Shown here: positions 1-10,541 of the stretch, piece after piece
Numbering within the stretch: position 1 is the stretch's first letter
How the letters are laid out: each line of letters opens with the position of its first letter
Assembly: GCA_051599415.1 (NCBI GenBank)
Contig: AP039708.1
Span: 186,001 to 250,000 of the forward strand
Reading direction: 5' to 3'
Source of the DNA: Savitreella phatthalungensis
Lineage: Eukaryota
Length of the DNA: 64,000 bases
Translations under genes and position numbers: made by a program
Notes under the pieces: generated by a model
What the model was told of the DNA's origin: nothing
The model's database searches: none
What the model saw: the letters and a program-made list of their open reading frames with translations, nothing else

Positions 1-469
1 GTTTCTGCCGCTCTGTGTTCATGGAGACCGAGAGTGCGGTCTTTTCAACTCGCTGTTCTTCTGACGCGGTTCCTCCTACAGATCCTCTTTTCGTGCAGCA
101 CGTGTTCCCACACCTGAAAATAGTAGCTCAATAGCCACCCTGACAGTGCTGAAATAATTGCAGGAAATCAAGAATATGAATTCTGTGGTACACCTGACTC
201 GAATATCCAGCATATTGTTCCGCTACTTATGGTCGGGACGACAAGATAACCAATATCTCCTCAGCTAAACTCAATATACATCCACGTCTCTTCGCTCTGG
301 CATTCTTTTCACTGAGAGATCTGAAGTCGATCGCATTTCCACATCGATAAATTACCCGTCCTGATCAAACTCGACAATCGTATTCCTGAGCAGAGAAGGA
401 CTATTGAATAACGTCAACACCAAGGAGAATACGCGGATGCGCTCGATGGGAGAATGTCTTCCGATCTAG

Positions 470-1054
470 TCAGGTCAGGTCAACCTGCTTCTCGCTGGTG
501 AATCTGCGCTGGCGTTCCTCGCACTCCTTCACGAATACCCTCTGCGCCAGGAGAGCAAGGGCTCCTGCAACTGTCATCGCAAAAATCGCGGTGTAGATGC
601 GCGCCAAGGTGTCCTCACCGAATGCTGCCAGTGGCGCGTAGCAGGTCCGCTGTGAGATCGATCTACCCATATCATTACAGAACGCCGAAGGGACGAACGG
701 CTGCCAACAACACGATAACAGGTCCTGTACCAATGGTGAACCCTCCTCTCGGAAATACAGTGATAGCGGACGCAGCGACAGGAACCAGGCGTAGCTCCCA
801 AGTCCTATCTCGCAAGCGACCGAAAGGACTGTGATGATCGACACCACTCGTGTCAGTCGGACCGATCGCGTGAAGTATGCCGGAATCGATAAAAGCGCAG
901 CCACGAGAATGATAGCACCGACCACGAAGGAAAACCGCAAGTCTAGGGGCGCAATCCCGATCTTCAACCCAGCGTCCTTCGTTCCCAGGAGCAGTATTTC
1001 CCCTGCGATGTACGCTATCCCCGTCAAGGCAAACGGCGCGTGGACAAGAATCAT
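470..1054 (-). CDS. Pls1-like fungal tetraspanin (divergent)
   Basis: Several TM segments. GLGSYAWFLSLR, Q..LSCC..PFV...C....C..P...F....L..IYT and a C-terminal K..EE..R...EK pattern resemble Pls1 as I recall it. CCG is replaced by CCW. The 5' end is uncertain. Confidence 0.6.
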   Translation of the reverse strand: MILVHAPFALTGIAYIAGEILLLGTKDAGLKIGIAPLDLRFSFVVGAIILVAALLSIPAYFTRSVRLTRVVSIITVLSVACEIGLGSYAWFLSLRPLSLYFREEGSPLVQDLLSCCWQPFVPSAFCNDMGRSISQRTCYAPLAAFGEDTLARIYTAIFAMTVAGALALLAQRVFVKECEERQRRFTSEKQVDLT

Positions 1055-1218
1055 GGATGGAGGTTCCCGATCGACATCTGTGGCGGGGTCGGTTTCGATT
1101 TATATCTTTTTGGAGGAGATGACAGACCGTGCATCAGAGTGCCAAGTCTGATACGCGGACGGTTTAAAAACGACGGCCCCACACACTACTTGGAACACAC
1201 ATCACTCTCTTCTGGATA

Positions 1219-2685
1219 ATGTCGAGAACGGTGGCCGAGCATGGGGATCTGCGCAGCTATGGTCGGATCGTCTTGTTCGGCGACAGTATCACTGAGCAGG
1301 CCTGGAATATCGAGTGGGGAGGACACGCAATCCTGCTGTCCGATCAATTCAGTCGACGTCTAGACGTGATCAACCGTGGATTTTCTGGGTACACAACCCG
1401 ACAGGCGCTTGCCCTGCACCCGCGAATCTTTGGAGATGCTTATGACGACGATGTGAAGCTGATCGTCGTCTTCTTCGGCGCGAATGATGCAGCCCTGCCT
1501 GGAGCCTACCAGCATGTCCCCCTCGAAGAATATCTCGATAACCTAGGTAAGCTCCTGGCTTCACCACAGCTCAGGGGAAAGACGATCTGCGTCACACCAC
1601 CGCCGCTCGATGAGCACGGCTGGCCTGAAGATCGGACCGCTGCCCACACTGCAAAGTATGCGCGCGCAGCCAGGGCTCTGTGTGAGGATATGGGCGTCCC
1701 TTGCGCCGATGTGTGGGGGGAAATGATGCGCGAGGCGGATTATGATGGGTCAGGCGACTTCCCAGGAGATGTCCACCTCCCCAGGAACGCAGCCCTCCAA
1801 AATTTGCTCAGGGACGGCCTTCACCCGTCACCGGACGGCTACCGTCTCATCTACAACCTGATCGCGACCGTTATCAGGGATAGTTTCCCGGACGTCAATG
1901 ACGCCCCGAGGCCGACACCGCTCTGGAGGGACGCCATCGTCAACAACGGCGCGACTCTCGCCCAAATCGATACAAGAAAGTGGACGGACGAGGAAAACGA
2001 CCGGCTCAAGGGGCTCGTGGACGAGGACACCCTCGCAAAGGTCGGCAAATTCTACTTTGACAAAGACAGGAGGATGGCTCTGGGCTCAGCTTTGCTTCAG
2101 AGATGGTACATCTCTCAAATCCTCGGTGTCGAGTGGGCAAAGGTGGTGATCACCCGAGACGACAAGGGCCGACCGTCCTGTGCCTCTTTGGGTGTCGTTC
2201 CGCACGACTACAACGTGACGCACCACGGTGGGAAGGTCGTCCTGGCTGGAATTCGAGGAGAGACTGGTAACTTTCGGATTGGTGTTGATCTGACAGAATG
2301 CACTCTGGAAGACCGCGCAAATCCGCAAAAGCTCCTGGCGGACTTTCACGAGTACTTCACGGAGAAGGAGTGGGCCTGGATTGGTGGTGACGCAGGGAGA
2401 TTTTATGCTGCTTGGGCGCTGAAGGAGGCATATGTGAAATGGTCAGGCGATGGCATCGGTGTCGATCTCAAGGCGATCGAGAGTGAGGTCTCTGAGGATG
2501 GGACAGCCATCATCACGGGTGAACACAAGCTGAAAGCAGTGCTAATCAAGGAGGATGGCGACAAAGCGCACTACACGGCCGTCGCTGGCGAGAATTGGAT
2601 CGCCCAATTCACTCCCTCACTCCAAAGGACTTTGCATGCAGGGGACTTTTTCACGGCAGCCGCTCAAGCTCAGATCATCGATTAG
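1219..2685 (+). CDS. Fusion: IAH1-like SGNH/GDSL esterase + Sfp/Lys5-type 4'-phosphopantetheinyl transferase
   Basis: N-half has FGDSIT, NRGFSGY, FFGANDA and DGLHP. C-half has KGRP, YNVTHHG, IGVD and WALKEAYVK..G.G. One uninterrupted 488-aa ORF. Confidence 0.9.
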   Translation: MSRTVAEHGDLRSYGRIVLFGDSITEQAWNIEWGGHAILLSDQFSRRLDVINRGFSGYTTRQALALHPRIFGDAYDDDVKLIVVFFGANDAALPGAYQHVPLEEYLDNLGKLLASPQLRGKTICVTPPPLDEHGWPEDRTAAHTAKYARAARALCEDMGVPCADVWGEMMREADYDGSGDFPGDVHLPRNAALQNLLRDGLHPSPDGYRLIYNLIATVIRDSFPDVNDAPRPTPLWRDAIVNNGATLAQIDTRKWTDEENDRLKGLVDEDTLAKVGKFYFDKDRRMALGSALLQRWYISQILGVEWAKVVITRDDKGRPSCASLGVVPHDYNVTHHGGKVVLAGIRGETGNFRIGVDLTECTLEDRANPQKLLADFHEYFTEKEWAWIGGDAGRFYAAWALKEAYVKWSGDGIGVDLKAIESEVSEDGTAIITGEHKLKAVLIKEDGDKAHYTAVAGENWIAQFTPSLQRTLHAGDFFTAAAQAQIID

Positions 2686-2688
2686 TCA

Positions 2689-3981
2689 TTACCGCGTATC
2701 CACATGTTCGGCCGTGCGTTGCGCCTGGGCTACTCCTCTGTGCTTGGCGGCGCCGTGTGCTTCACGTACAGTGGCGAGAACTAGAACTCCAAAAGCAACG
2801 AGGATCATCGCGCCTCCTGCGATGGCTGCCAGCGAGAGCGGCTTGCCCGTGACGATCGTGTCGGTTATTGCGACGCAGAAGATCGACAACAGGGAGGCGA
2901 CACTCGACAACACAGGTCCCGTGAGGGAGATCATGCCCAGCAGGCATGCAGAGTAGACAAAGTTTGCTGCGATGCTGGCGATCAGGGCAAGTGCCGCGTT
3001 CGCAGGAGGCAGCTCGAACCGCTCCCATCCGAGCACATGCAGGATCGGTAACGGTATCCAGACAAAGGCGAGGGTGAAGACGCCAAGCGCGGTCGACATG
3101 ACGTTGGCAAAGAGGATGCTGCGCATGTGGTCGGTCGCGTCCTCTGGGCACGCCCACTTCTTGTAGAGTACCTCGTACAGTCCGTACAGGACGGCTCCGA
3201 CGGAGATGACGATGTTGCCGAGAGCTCTGGAGGTCGTGGCCTCGTCGTCGACCCTGTCGCCATAAGCGATCACGCCAACACCGCCAATCGCCACCAGCAC
3301 AGCAGCCACCTTGTCCCACCTCAGAGCCTCACCGAGTAACGGAACGGCAAAGGCGTACGCGAAGAACGCAGAAGCATTGTAGATTGCAGAAACATCAGAA
3401 GCAGTTGTCAAATTCACAGCCAAGTACCACGTCGCAGCCGCAATCGTCAGACAGAGTCCGAGTGCAGCAGTCACGAGTATCATGTGTGCGGGAGGTGGTC
3501 TCGGCGATGCAATCTCTGTCGCGGTCTCCCTGATGTCAGCGAGCGTTCGTTTGAGCAAAGTAGCAGGAGTCGTCCGCCGGTTCGTCAGCCGGAGGTAGCA
3601 CCACATCCCTACGCCGTTCAGCCACCAGGACGAATGTGTCACGTACAACATGAAGAACGGCTTCTCGTAGTGGAGATCGCGCTGGATGTACTGCGCCAGT
3701 TCTGTCTGGATCGTGAAGCACACGAGCGATACAGGCAATGCCAGCCCGATCGACCACACCAGCGCCCTGCGAGCGTGTCTAGCGGCATCGGCCGCATATC
3801 TCGCACCGGAGATCTGGGTCGGGTCCAACCTGTCCACCCCATCTCCGTCATCATCCTCTTCATCGCTAGCAGCCTTATCAGCAGTCGCAAACGAAGAGAA
3901 CGACTGCGTCCGGCCACGAGAAGAATCCCCAAGTGACGACTCGCCCCGTTCCAGGAGTGGCGTCCTGCTCGCCGTCCTCAT
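2689..3981 (-). CDS. DMT/EamA-superfamily (SLC35F-like) membrane transporter
   Basis: About 10 hydrophobic helices, with YEKPFFMLYVTHSSW and YGLYEVLYKK motifs. First ATG at 3981. Confidence 0.8.
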   Translation of the reverse strand: MRTASRTPLLERGESSLGDSSRGRTQSFSSFATADKAASDEEDDDGDGVDRLDPTQISGARYAADAARHARRALVWSIGLALPVSLVCFTIQTELAQYIQRDLHYEKPFFMLYVTHSSWWLNGVGMWCYLRLTNRRTTPATLLKRTLADIRETATEIASPRPPPAHMILVTAALGLCLTIAAATWYLAVNLTTASDVSAIYNASAFFAYAFAVPLLGEALRWDKVAAVLVAIGGVGVIAYGDRVDDEATTSRALGNIVISVGAVLYGLYEVLYKKWACPEDATDHMRSILFANVMSTALGVFTLAFVWIPLPILHVLGWERFELPPANAALALIASIAANFVYSACLLGMISLTGPVLSSVASLLSIFCVAITDTIVTGKPLSLAAIAGGAMILVAFGVLVLATVREAHGAAKHRGVAQAQRTAEHVDTR

Positions 3982-4160
3982 TCGCGTGCGAAGGCAAGCC
4001 AAGCTTGACTCCTCGTGTGTTTGGATGGATAATTGTGTGTTTGTGCTAGGATGATGATCAAAGTGCGTCTTCAGTAGAACCGGAAGCGAAGTTCAGCGCC
4101 AAAAATAGATTTTCCATCCCTAGAACAAAAGACGCGCAAAAAAAACGTCCTATCATTGGC

Positions 4161-4700
4161 ATGTTGTCAATCGGGCAGCTCGATAGGGCTGACGGCAGTG
4201 CTAGGTGGGAGTCGTCATCGGGCGTGGTGGTCCTGTGTTCTTGCAATGGTCCGCTAACGGTCGGTGTCAGGGATGAGAAGCTCGGGGAGAGTCATCTGGA
4301 AGTGCGGATGCAGCCAGGGAAGGGTGTTGGCGGTCCTGGAGAACGTGATCTGGAGAAGCTGGTAGATGGGAGTCTGCGAGGTTCGCTCATGCTGTCACTC
4401 CACCCGCGAACACTTTTGCAGATCACAATCCAGGTGATGGCAGGAACCAACAGGCTCGAAATCTGTGCAGCTGCGATCAATGCGGCAGTCGCAGCAGTCG
4501 CGGACGCGGGATTCCCGATGCGCACACTCGTCGCGGCACACGCAGAAAAAGACTCGCTGTGCGTTTACACGTCAGATGGAGAGCTCGTGACGGTGGTGTG
4601 TGAGGGAGAGGCAAGGACAGACAAGGAAGCGTGTGAGAAAGTCATGATGGAGATTCGGGCGTGTCTGGAAGGAAAAGTACAGAATTTATGGGGTCCATAG
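4161..4700 (+). CDS. RRP46: Exosome RNase PH-like subunit Rrp46
   Basis: LDRADGSA, NGP, HPRTLLQITIQV and AAINAA...DAG.PM motifs. Confidence 0.85.
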   Translation: MLSIGQLDRADGSARWESSSGVVVLCSCNGPLTVGVRDEKLGESHLEVRMQPGKGVGGPGERDLEKLVDGSLRGSLMLSLHPRTLLQITIQVMAGTNRLEICAAAINAAVAAVADAGFPMRTLVAAHAEKDSLCVYTSDGELVTVVCEGEARTDKEACEKVMMEIRACLEGKVQNLWGP

Positions 4701-6059
4701 TTGGAGTGGTGTCTTGTTCCGGGTCTCCGGGACCTTGGAGAGGACTGCGATTAGGCAGGCAAAGCAGACACCGCTGAAGATGTAAAAGGCTGATCCACCG
4801 AAGCTCCGCTGGAGCACCGGGAAGAAGAATCCGACAACAAACGTGAGCAGCCAGTTGACGGACAGCCCGAGAGACTGGGCGTGGCCGACAGCAGCACCAG
4901 GCACAAGCTCGCCAATCAGCAAGAACGGGATCGGCCCTGCACCGAGACCAAATGCGGCAATCACCCCTGCGGCCGCAACAGCAGACAGTCCTGGCAGGTC
5001 ACCGTTCAGGCCGATGGCCAGACCTGCGTGCGCGACAACCATCCCCGTAAGCGACCAGACGAGCAGACGCCTGCGTCCCGTCGAGTCGATCAGTCTCGCG
5101 CTCACGAGGGTGACACCCAGGTTGACGACCTGGATGAGGACAGAGATCCACGCAGACAGATCCGGTAGCAGTCTCTTGAGAATACCTGTGCCGTAGAAAA
5201 TCACTGCATTCACGCCTGTGAGCTGGTTGGCAAACATGACGATGACCGTGGCGACGATGGCCCTGCGGTGATGTCGGATGGTGTCGAGGAAGGTAGGAGC
5301 ACTGTCGCGTTCACGCTCCCCGAGGAGGCCTTCCTCTTCTTCGTCCTCTCTCCAAGACCGCATCTCCGCCTCGACGCCGACACCTGTGCGGCCGCGAAGC
5401 TCTGAGAGAAGCCGTTTGGCCTCGAGAAAGCCGTCGGGCTGTGCCGCGAGCCAGCGCGGGGATTCTCCGACTCGAAGGAGAAGGACGAGCTGCAGAACTC
5501 CTAGGATGCCGCCTCCTAGAAGAATCAGCCTCCAGGCTGGTTCGTACGAGAGGTATACGCCAGCGACCATGCTTGCGAGGATGCCCAAAACGACGGAGAG
5601 CTGTGTGACGGTACCGATGGTGCCTCGTGATTCTGGAGGAGCGATCTCTCCCAGGTAGATGGGAACCACGACCATCGCACACCCGCTCGCCAACCCACAC
5701 ACGAATCTGCCGGCCGCAAGCGTCACCACATCCCCTGCACCAGCCATCACCAGCGACCCCACCACGAAAGGCACACCTGCCAGCAAGCACGCCCACCGTC
5801 GACCTTTCCTCTCCCCGATCCGACCACCGACCATAGATCCCAGGAGTCCGCCCACGGAGAACACGCTCACAACCCCACCGTACATCACGTCGTCCATGGC
5901 AATACAGCTAGGGAGACCGAGGACCGACGTCACTGGGTCATATGCTCGTGAAGCGCACGTGATGGCACCTTGTGGAGAGTTGAGCTCACCGATATGCCAA
6001 CCGAATTGTGCAGGACCGAGACCAAGGGTGAAGATGAGAGTGACGAGAGCGGAAGTCAT
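4686..6059 (-). CDS. MFS sugar porter (Vps73/YBR241C-like)
   Basis: QFGWHIGELNSP, GRR repeats, EIAPP..RG, ESPRWL, QLTGVNAV and PET motifs. ATG at 6059; an upstream exon is possible. Confidence 0.9.
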   Translation of the reverse strand: MTSALVTLIFTLGLGPAQFGWHIGELNSPQGAITCASRAYDPVTSVLGLPSCIAMDDVMYGGVVSVFSVGGLLGSMVGGRIGERKGRRWACLLAGVPFVVGSLVMAGAGDVVTLAAGRFVCGLASGCAMVVVPIYLGEIAPPESRGTIGTVTQLSVVLGILASMVAGVYLSYEPAWRLILLGGGILGVLQLVLLLRVGESPRWLAAQPDGFLEAKRLLSELRGRTGVGVEAEMRSWREDEEEEGLLGERERDSAPTFLDTIRHHRRAIVATVIVMFANQLTGVNAVIFYGTGILKRLLPDLSAWISVLIQVVNLGVTLVSARLIDSTGRRRLLVWSLTGMVVAHAGLAIGLNGDLPGLSAVAAAGVIAAFGLGAGPIPFLLIGELVPGAAVGHAQSLGLSVNWLLTFVVGFFFPVLQRSFGGSAFYIFSGVCFACLIAVLSKVPETRNKTPLQLWTP

Positions 6060-6261
6060 CCTCACCTGGAGGAGGAGAAGAGAGAGAGAGGGCTGCAGAG
6101 GGGATGTAGATTGTGAGTCAGGATATATACGGTTCTGTACAGGGTACTGTGCTTGTCGTGACGCACAATAAAATGTATTGGATTGTAACGTACAACGTCT
6201 CCACACTCACAGACACATAAGACGTACAGACGAGCATATCCTCATCCCAAGCAGGAAGTTC

Positions 6262-7464
6262 ATGACGTTCACGCTCGATGGGCTAGTGAGGCCGAACATA
6301 TTGAAGCTGCTACCGTACAGGTGTGCGAGGGATGACTACAACGGTGACGGGTACATCTTCCTGGACGCGAATGAGAACGCTTACGGTCCGTCACTTGGTG
6401 ATTACCTCGACCGGCAGTCGCTCAACCGGTATCCTGACCCACAGCAGGTAGCTGTCAAGGAGCTGGTGTGCAAGTTGCGAGGAGGGACGTTGGCGGTCGA
6501 GAATGTGTTCTGTGGGGTAGGCAGCGACGAGGCAATCGACTGTGTGATGCGAGTGTTCTGTCGACCTGGCCAGGACAAGATCTTAGTGACACCTCCAACG
6601 TACGGGATGTATGGGGTGTCTGCAACCATCAACGATGTCGGTGTCGTCAAAGTCCCACTCGAGGGTGATCGATTCCAGCCAAATCTCCACAAAGTCATGG
6701 ACGCCTTAAAGGACACGAGCATCAAGATTGTCTTCTTCTGCTCACCAGGCAACCCCACAGGCGAGCTCGTCGACAGGGATATCATCATCAGCGTACTCGA
6801 GAGTGGTTGGCACGGCATGGTGTGTGTGGATGAAGCGTACATCGATTTCTCTCCACAGGGAAGCTCACTCTCCACCCTCGTCACCAAGTATCCTAACCTG
6901 ATCGTCATGCAGACCCTCTCGAAGGCATTTGGACTTGCTGCAATCAGATTGGGAGTAGCATTCGCATCAAAGGAGGTCGCAACCATCATGAACTCCCTCA
7001 AAGCACCCTACAACATCTCCACGCCGACGTCAGACCTGGCTGCAAGGGCTCTTGGGGATGAAGGGTTGAGCACGATGAGGGAGAACGTGAGGAAGCTGAA
7101 CGCCAACAGGGAGGCACTGGTAAGAGCCTTGCTCGAGGTCGACGGAATAGGTGGAGTCATCGGAGGCACAAGCGCAAACTTCATCATGGCCAAGGTCGAA
7201 AAGGGCAACAAGGTCGCATTGGCGGTGTATGAGCAGATGGCGAAGGAGCAAGGAATAGTCGTCCGGTTCAGAGGCAATGAACACGGCTGTGAAGGTTGTC
7301 TAAGGGTGACTGTCGGTACGGAAGAAGAGAATAGTGCGCTGTTGGAGAGATTGACAAGGGCATTTGAGGTGGTTGGGTCACTGGTGAAGGAGGACGGGGC
7401 AGGGAAGCTACAGAAGGAGCTAGAAAGGGAGCTCGAGGTAGAAAAGGACAAGGTCCTGGAGTGA
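6262..7464 (+). CDS. HIS5: Histidinol-phosphate aminotransferase
   Basis: PYRCARDDY, LDANEN, GSDEAID, SPGNPTG, DEAYIDF and PLP-lysine motif TLSKAFGLA.IR. Confidence 0.97.
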   Translation: MTFTLDGLVRPNILKLLPYRCARDDYNGDGYIFLDANENAYGPSLGDYLDRQSLNRYPDPQQVAVKELVCKLRGGTLAVENVFCGVGSDEAIDCVMRVFCRPGQDKILVTPPTYGMYGVSATINDVGVVKVPLEGDRFQPNLHKVMDALKDTSIKIVFFCSPGNPTGELVDRDIIISVLESGWHGMVCVDEAYIDFSPQGSSLSTLVTKYPNLIVMQTLSKAFGLAAIRLGVAFASKEVATIMNSLKAPYNISTPTSDLAARALGDEGLSTMRENVRKLNANREALVRALLEVDGIGGVIGGTSANFIMAKVEKGNKVALAVYEQMAKEQGIVVRFRGNEHGCEGCLRVTVGTEEENSALLERLTRAFEVVGSLVKEDGAGKLQKELERELEVEKDKVLE

Positions 7465-8668
7465 GGATGGATGTATGTGAGAGAGAAAGACCTGCATAGA
7501 TCTGTAGTTGTTGATGACGGATGACTTGGACAAGACTCTGCGGACAAGACTTTGAGCTGCTACGAGAACGAGGTACTGTCGCTGAGAAAGAGTCTCCAAG
7601 CGAGTCAGACGTATCGAACAGAGTATACATTCACTGGACAATGAAGAGGGGCGAGCTGGGACTTGCGACTTGGGACGCTGATTGTGAGATACGAGGATGC
7701 GAGACGCGACAGAGAGCTCGAATCATCATCAGCAGCAGCAGCAGCAGCACCAGCAGCAGCAGCACCTCTACGCGCCAAGTCAACCTTCTGCAAACACTTT
7801 GATCATCTTATCGAGATACGCGTCACATCCAGCACGGGCGCGTCGCGTCTATCGCCCTCATTGACCCTTTGAGCGTGCAGCCCCAAGTGAATCCGATCCA
7901 GAACAACGAGCGCCAATCCTTTCACCTATTCAATCATCCAGCCAGCCAGCCGTCCTTGAACAGCAGACATCATCGTCGTCATCGATCATCATTCTTCAAA
8001 CAAGAAAATCGATATCATCGTCACTCAAAATCCATGCCCATCCATATATCCATACCCGTATCCATACTCATATGCATATATCAACTTAACAAATATACAC
8101 ACACGCACATACGCACACACACGTACACGTACACGTACACGTACATCATCCACAACCATCATCATCAATCATCCTGTACAAGTACAGCGTACTACTCCAA
8201 GAGACTCACACAGACGTCGCCTTTCTACTAGCCAAGCGGAGTCGAAAGCAGTCTGAGCGACTCTTCAGAGTGCTCTAATCGCAAACACCAAATACATACG
8301 CTATCTAGACAGTCCGCAATCAGGCGCACACCTCAGTCACTCTCTAACACACACACACACTCTCTCACACTCTCTGCTTCACTCTTCCACTTCTTCTCTC
8401 TCAATCTCGCTCTCTCACTCTCTTTCTCTGGCGCGCGCTTCCTCTCTCTTCTACCACGGCTAGATCGACTAATGTGCTAAGGACGAAACCAAGCTACATC
8501 GACCGTCAAGGGCACTAGACTACGAGCCCACAACGAGAACCTCCTCTCCCAGACCTCTCTCTGACAGAATCTTCTTTCCCGAGTCGACCGCTCCTACTTC
8601 ACTTCCACCTTTACGAATTTCCGCTCTTCTTCTCTTCTTCTTCTTCTTCTTCCTCCTCCTCCTCCTCG

Positions 8669-10246
8669 ATGGCATCGCGCGACCTGCGCACAGACTCACC
8701 ACTTGTCTCCTGGTGGGCGCGCTTCAAGTCAGGCAACAGAGCGAAGAAGGACATCCCTCAAGCTAGAGGCAATCCTACCTCTGGCATTTTCTCCAGACCA
8801 CTCGAAGAGTCCATCGCCTATGCCAACGTCGCCATCTCCCTCTACAACCAGGAAGGCAAACCATTCATCTACGGATACATCCCAATCGTCGTCGCCAAAT
8901 GCGGTCTCTACCTGAAGGAAGAAGCCACAGACACTGAGGGTATCTTCCGAGTCAGCGGCAGCGCCAAGCGTCTCAAAGAACTCCAGGACATCTTTGATGC
9001 ACCGCCAAAGTACGGCAAGGGACTAGACTGGCGCGCGTCCGGTTTCACCGTCCACGATGCCGCCAGCATCCTTCGCAGATACCTCGTCCAGCTGCCAGAG
9101 CCAATCATCCCCACAGAGTGGTACGACGACTTCAGGGAGCCACTCAAGCGGGAGTGGCCGCCGGAGAGGGCGATCGAGCGGATGCAGCATCTCGTCGCAT
9201 CACTTCCGCCGCTCAACAGGCAGCTCCTCCTCTACATTCTCGACCTGCTCGCTGTCTTTGCCTCAAAGTCAGATGTCAACCGGATGACGAGCGAGAACCT
9301 GTCTGCAATCTTCCAGCCCGGCCTGCTCACCCACCCGCGCGACGTCATGGCGCCGAGCGAGTACAGACTCTCTCAGGAAGTTCTCGTCTTCCTCATCGAC
9401 AACCAGTCACACTTCCTCTTGGACATGTGTCCACCGACAGATGATCCCGTCGCTCCCTCGCCGCCGATGTCCAGGACTGGTGCAGGCATCGCAAGGCGCA
9501 GGACCCTCGTCCCGCGCAGAGTCACACCACAACCGACGAACCAGCACGCAGCCGACGTCACCGTCTCCAGGTCCTCGTCCGCGCTCTCACGGTCCAACAC
9601 GGTTCCCTCGAAGCGTTCAGCACAATCTCCCCCACTAGGTCTGGGAATCACCACCCCGAGACACGTCTCTTCCCCGATTGTCATGAATCAGCCGCAGTCT
9701 GGCGTTGGCGCTACAGGTGCGCTTGCCGCTGCAGTAGTTGTACCGACAGCTGGTACTGGTGCTGGTGTTGGTGGTAGTAATGCTGGTTCAGGTGTCGGTC
9801 CAGGTGTAGCAGCAGTGTCAGGTGTCGACGCGCTCGGTATACACGTTCCCACAGCGATTCCAGAAGGAAAAGTGTTGAAGTCCGTGTCGAGCTCGAGTGG
9901 TCCGGGACACCAGCAACCGGTCTCGCTCTCACGCAGTCCGATGCACTCCAGGACGAGTCTGCACTCGCAGGATCCAGGACAATCGTCTATGCCCTCGCGA
10001 TCGGTCACACCGCGATCCAGGAGAGCCTCCCAGACGAGCAGCGAATTCGCCGTCGTCGGCGGCAGGAAGATCCCGTCGTCAGAAGCTCCAACAGGAGCGA
10101 CGACCTCTACAAGCACAGGCAATTCCCCGTCCAAACTGTCATCCATCTTCCGCAGGTCAAAGCCTCCATCAGACCACAAGGACCGTGACCGAGAGCGTGA
10201 AGACATTGCTCGGAAAGAGCGAGAGCGCGACCGTGATCGCTCCTAA
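8669..10246 (+). CDS. Rho GTPase-activating protein (Sac7/Rga5-like)
   Basis: YGYIPIVVAKCG, arginine finger EGIFRVSGS and NRMTSENL.AIFQPG, followed by a low-complexity tail. Confidence 0.92.
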   Translation: MASRDLRTDSPLVSWWARFKSGNRAKKDIPQARGNPTSGIFSRPLEESIAYANVAISLYNQEGKPFIYGYIPIVVAKCGLYLKEEATDTEGIFRVSGSAKRLKELQDIFDAPPKYGKGLDWRASGFTVHDAASILRRYLVQLPEPIIPTEWYDDFREPLKREWPPERAIERMQHLVASLPPLNRQLLLYILDLLAVFASKSDVNRMTSENLSAIFQPGLLTHPRDVMAPSEYRLSQEVLVFLIDNQSHFLLDMCPPTDDPVAPSPPMSRTGAGIARRRTLVPRRVTPQPTNQHAADVTVSRSSSALSRSNTVPSKRSAQSPPLGLGITTPRHVSSPIVMNQPQSGVGATGALAAAVVVPTAGTGAGVGGSNAGSGVGPGVAAVSGVDALGIHVPTAIPEGKVLKSVSSSSGPGHQQPVSLSRSPMHSRTSLHSQDPGQSSMPSRSVTPRSRRASQTSSEFAVVGGRKIPSSEAPTGATTSTSTGNSPSKLSSIFRRSKPPSDHKDRDREREDIARKERERDRDRS

Positions 10247-10541
10247 CATTTCTTTTACAACCTTCTACGTACTAATCTATCCTACTTAATGTGCCACCGG
10301 ACTCTACGTCCTCGTATCCTGATATCCACTCACTGCCAGCCGACGATCATGATCCTTCGTCATGGTCTTTTGACCCTGGTATTCGTAATACGAATTCTGA
10401 CCAAGGCAGGCAAAATGAGGCGGGACGATGCAAGGCAAGACGTGCGGTGAACATATCTCATGGTGTCTCTATGTTTCAGAAAGTCCCGAGTTGCTCAAAA
10501 ACATCATCACACGAGCTGACACCCACCTACCGGCTTCGACG

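Noticed and set aside
1..460. Possible 3' exons of a gene entering from the left (CTGAC..TACAG acceptor near 80)
   Set aside because: I could not assemble a consistent reading frame or recognise a product.
7730..8150. (CAG)n, (CA)n and (TACACG)n tracts and the small ORFs they create
   Set aside because: Ordinary microsatellites in a long leader or intergenic region.
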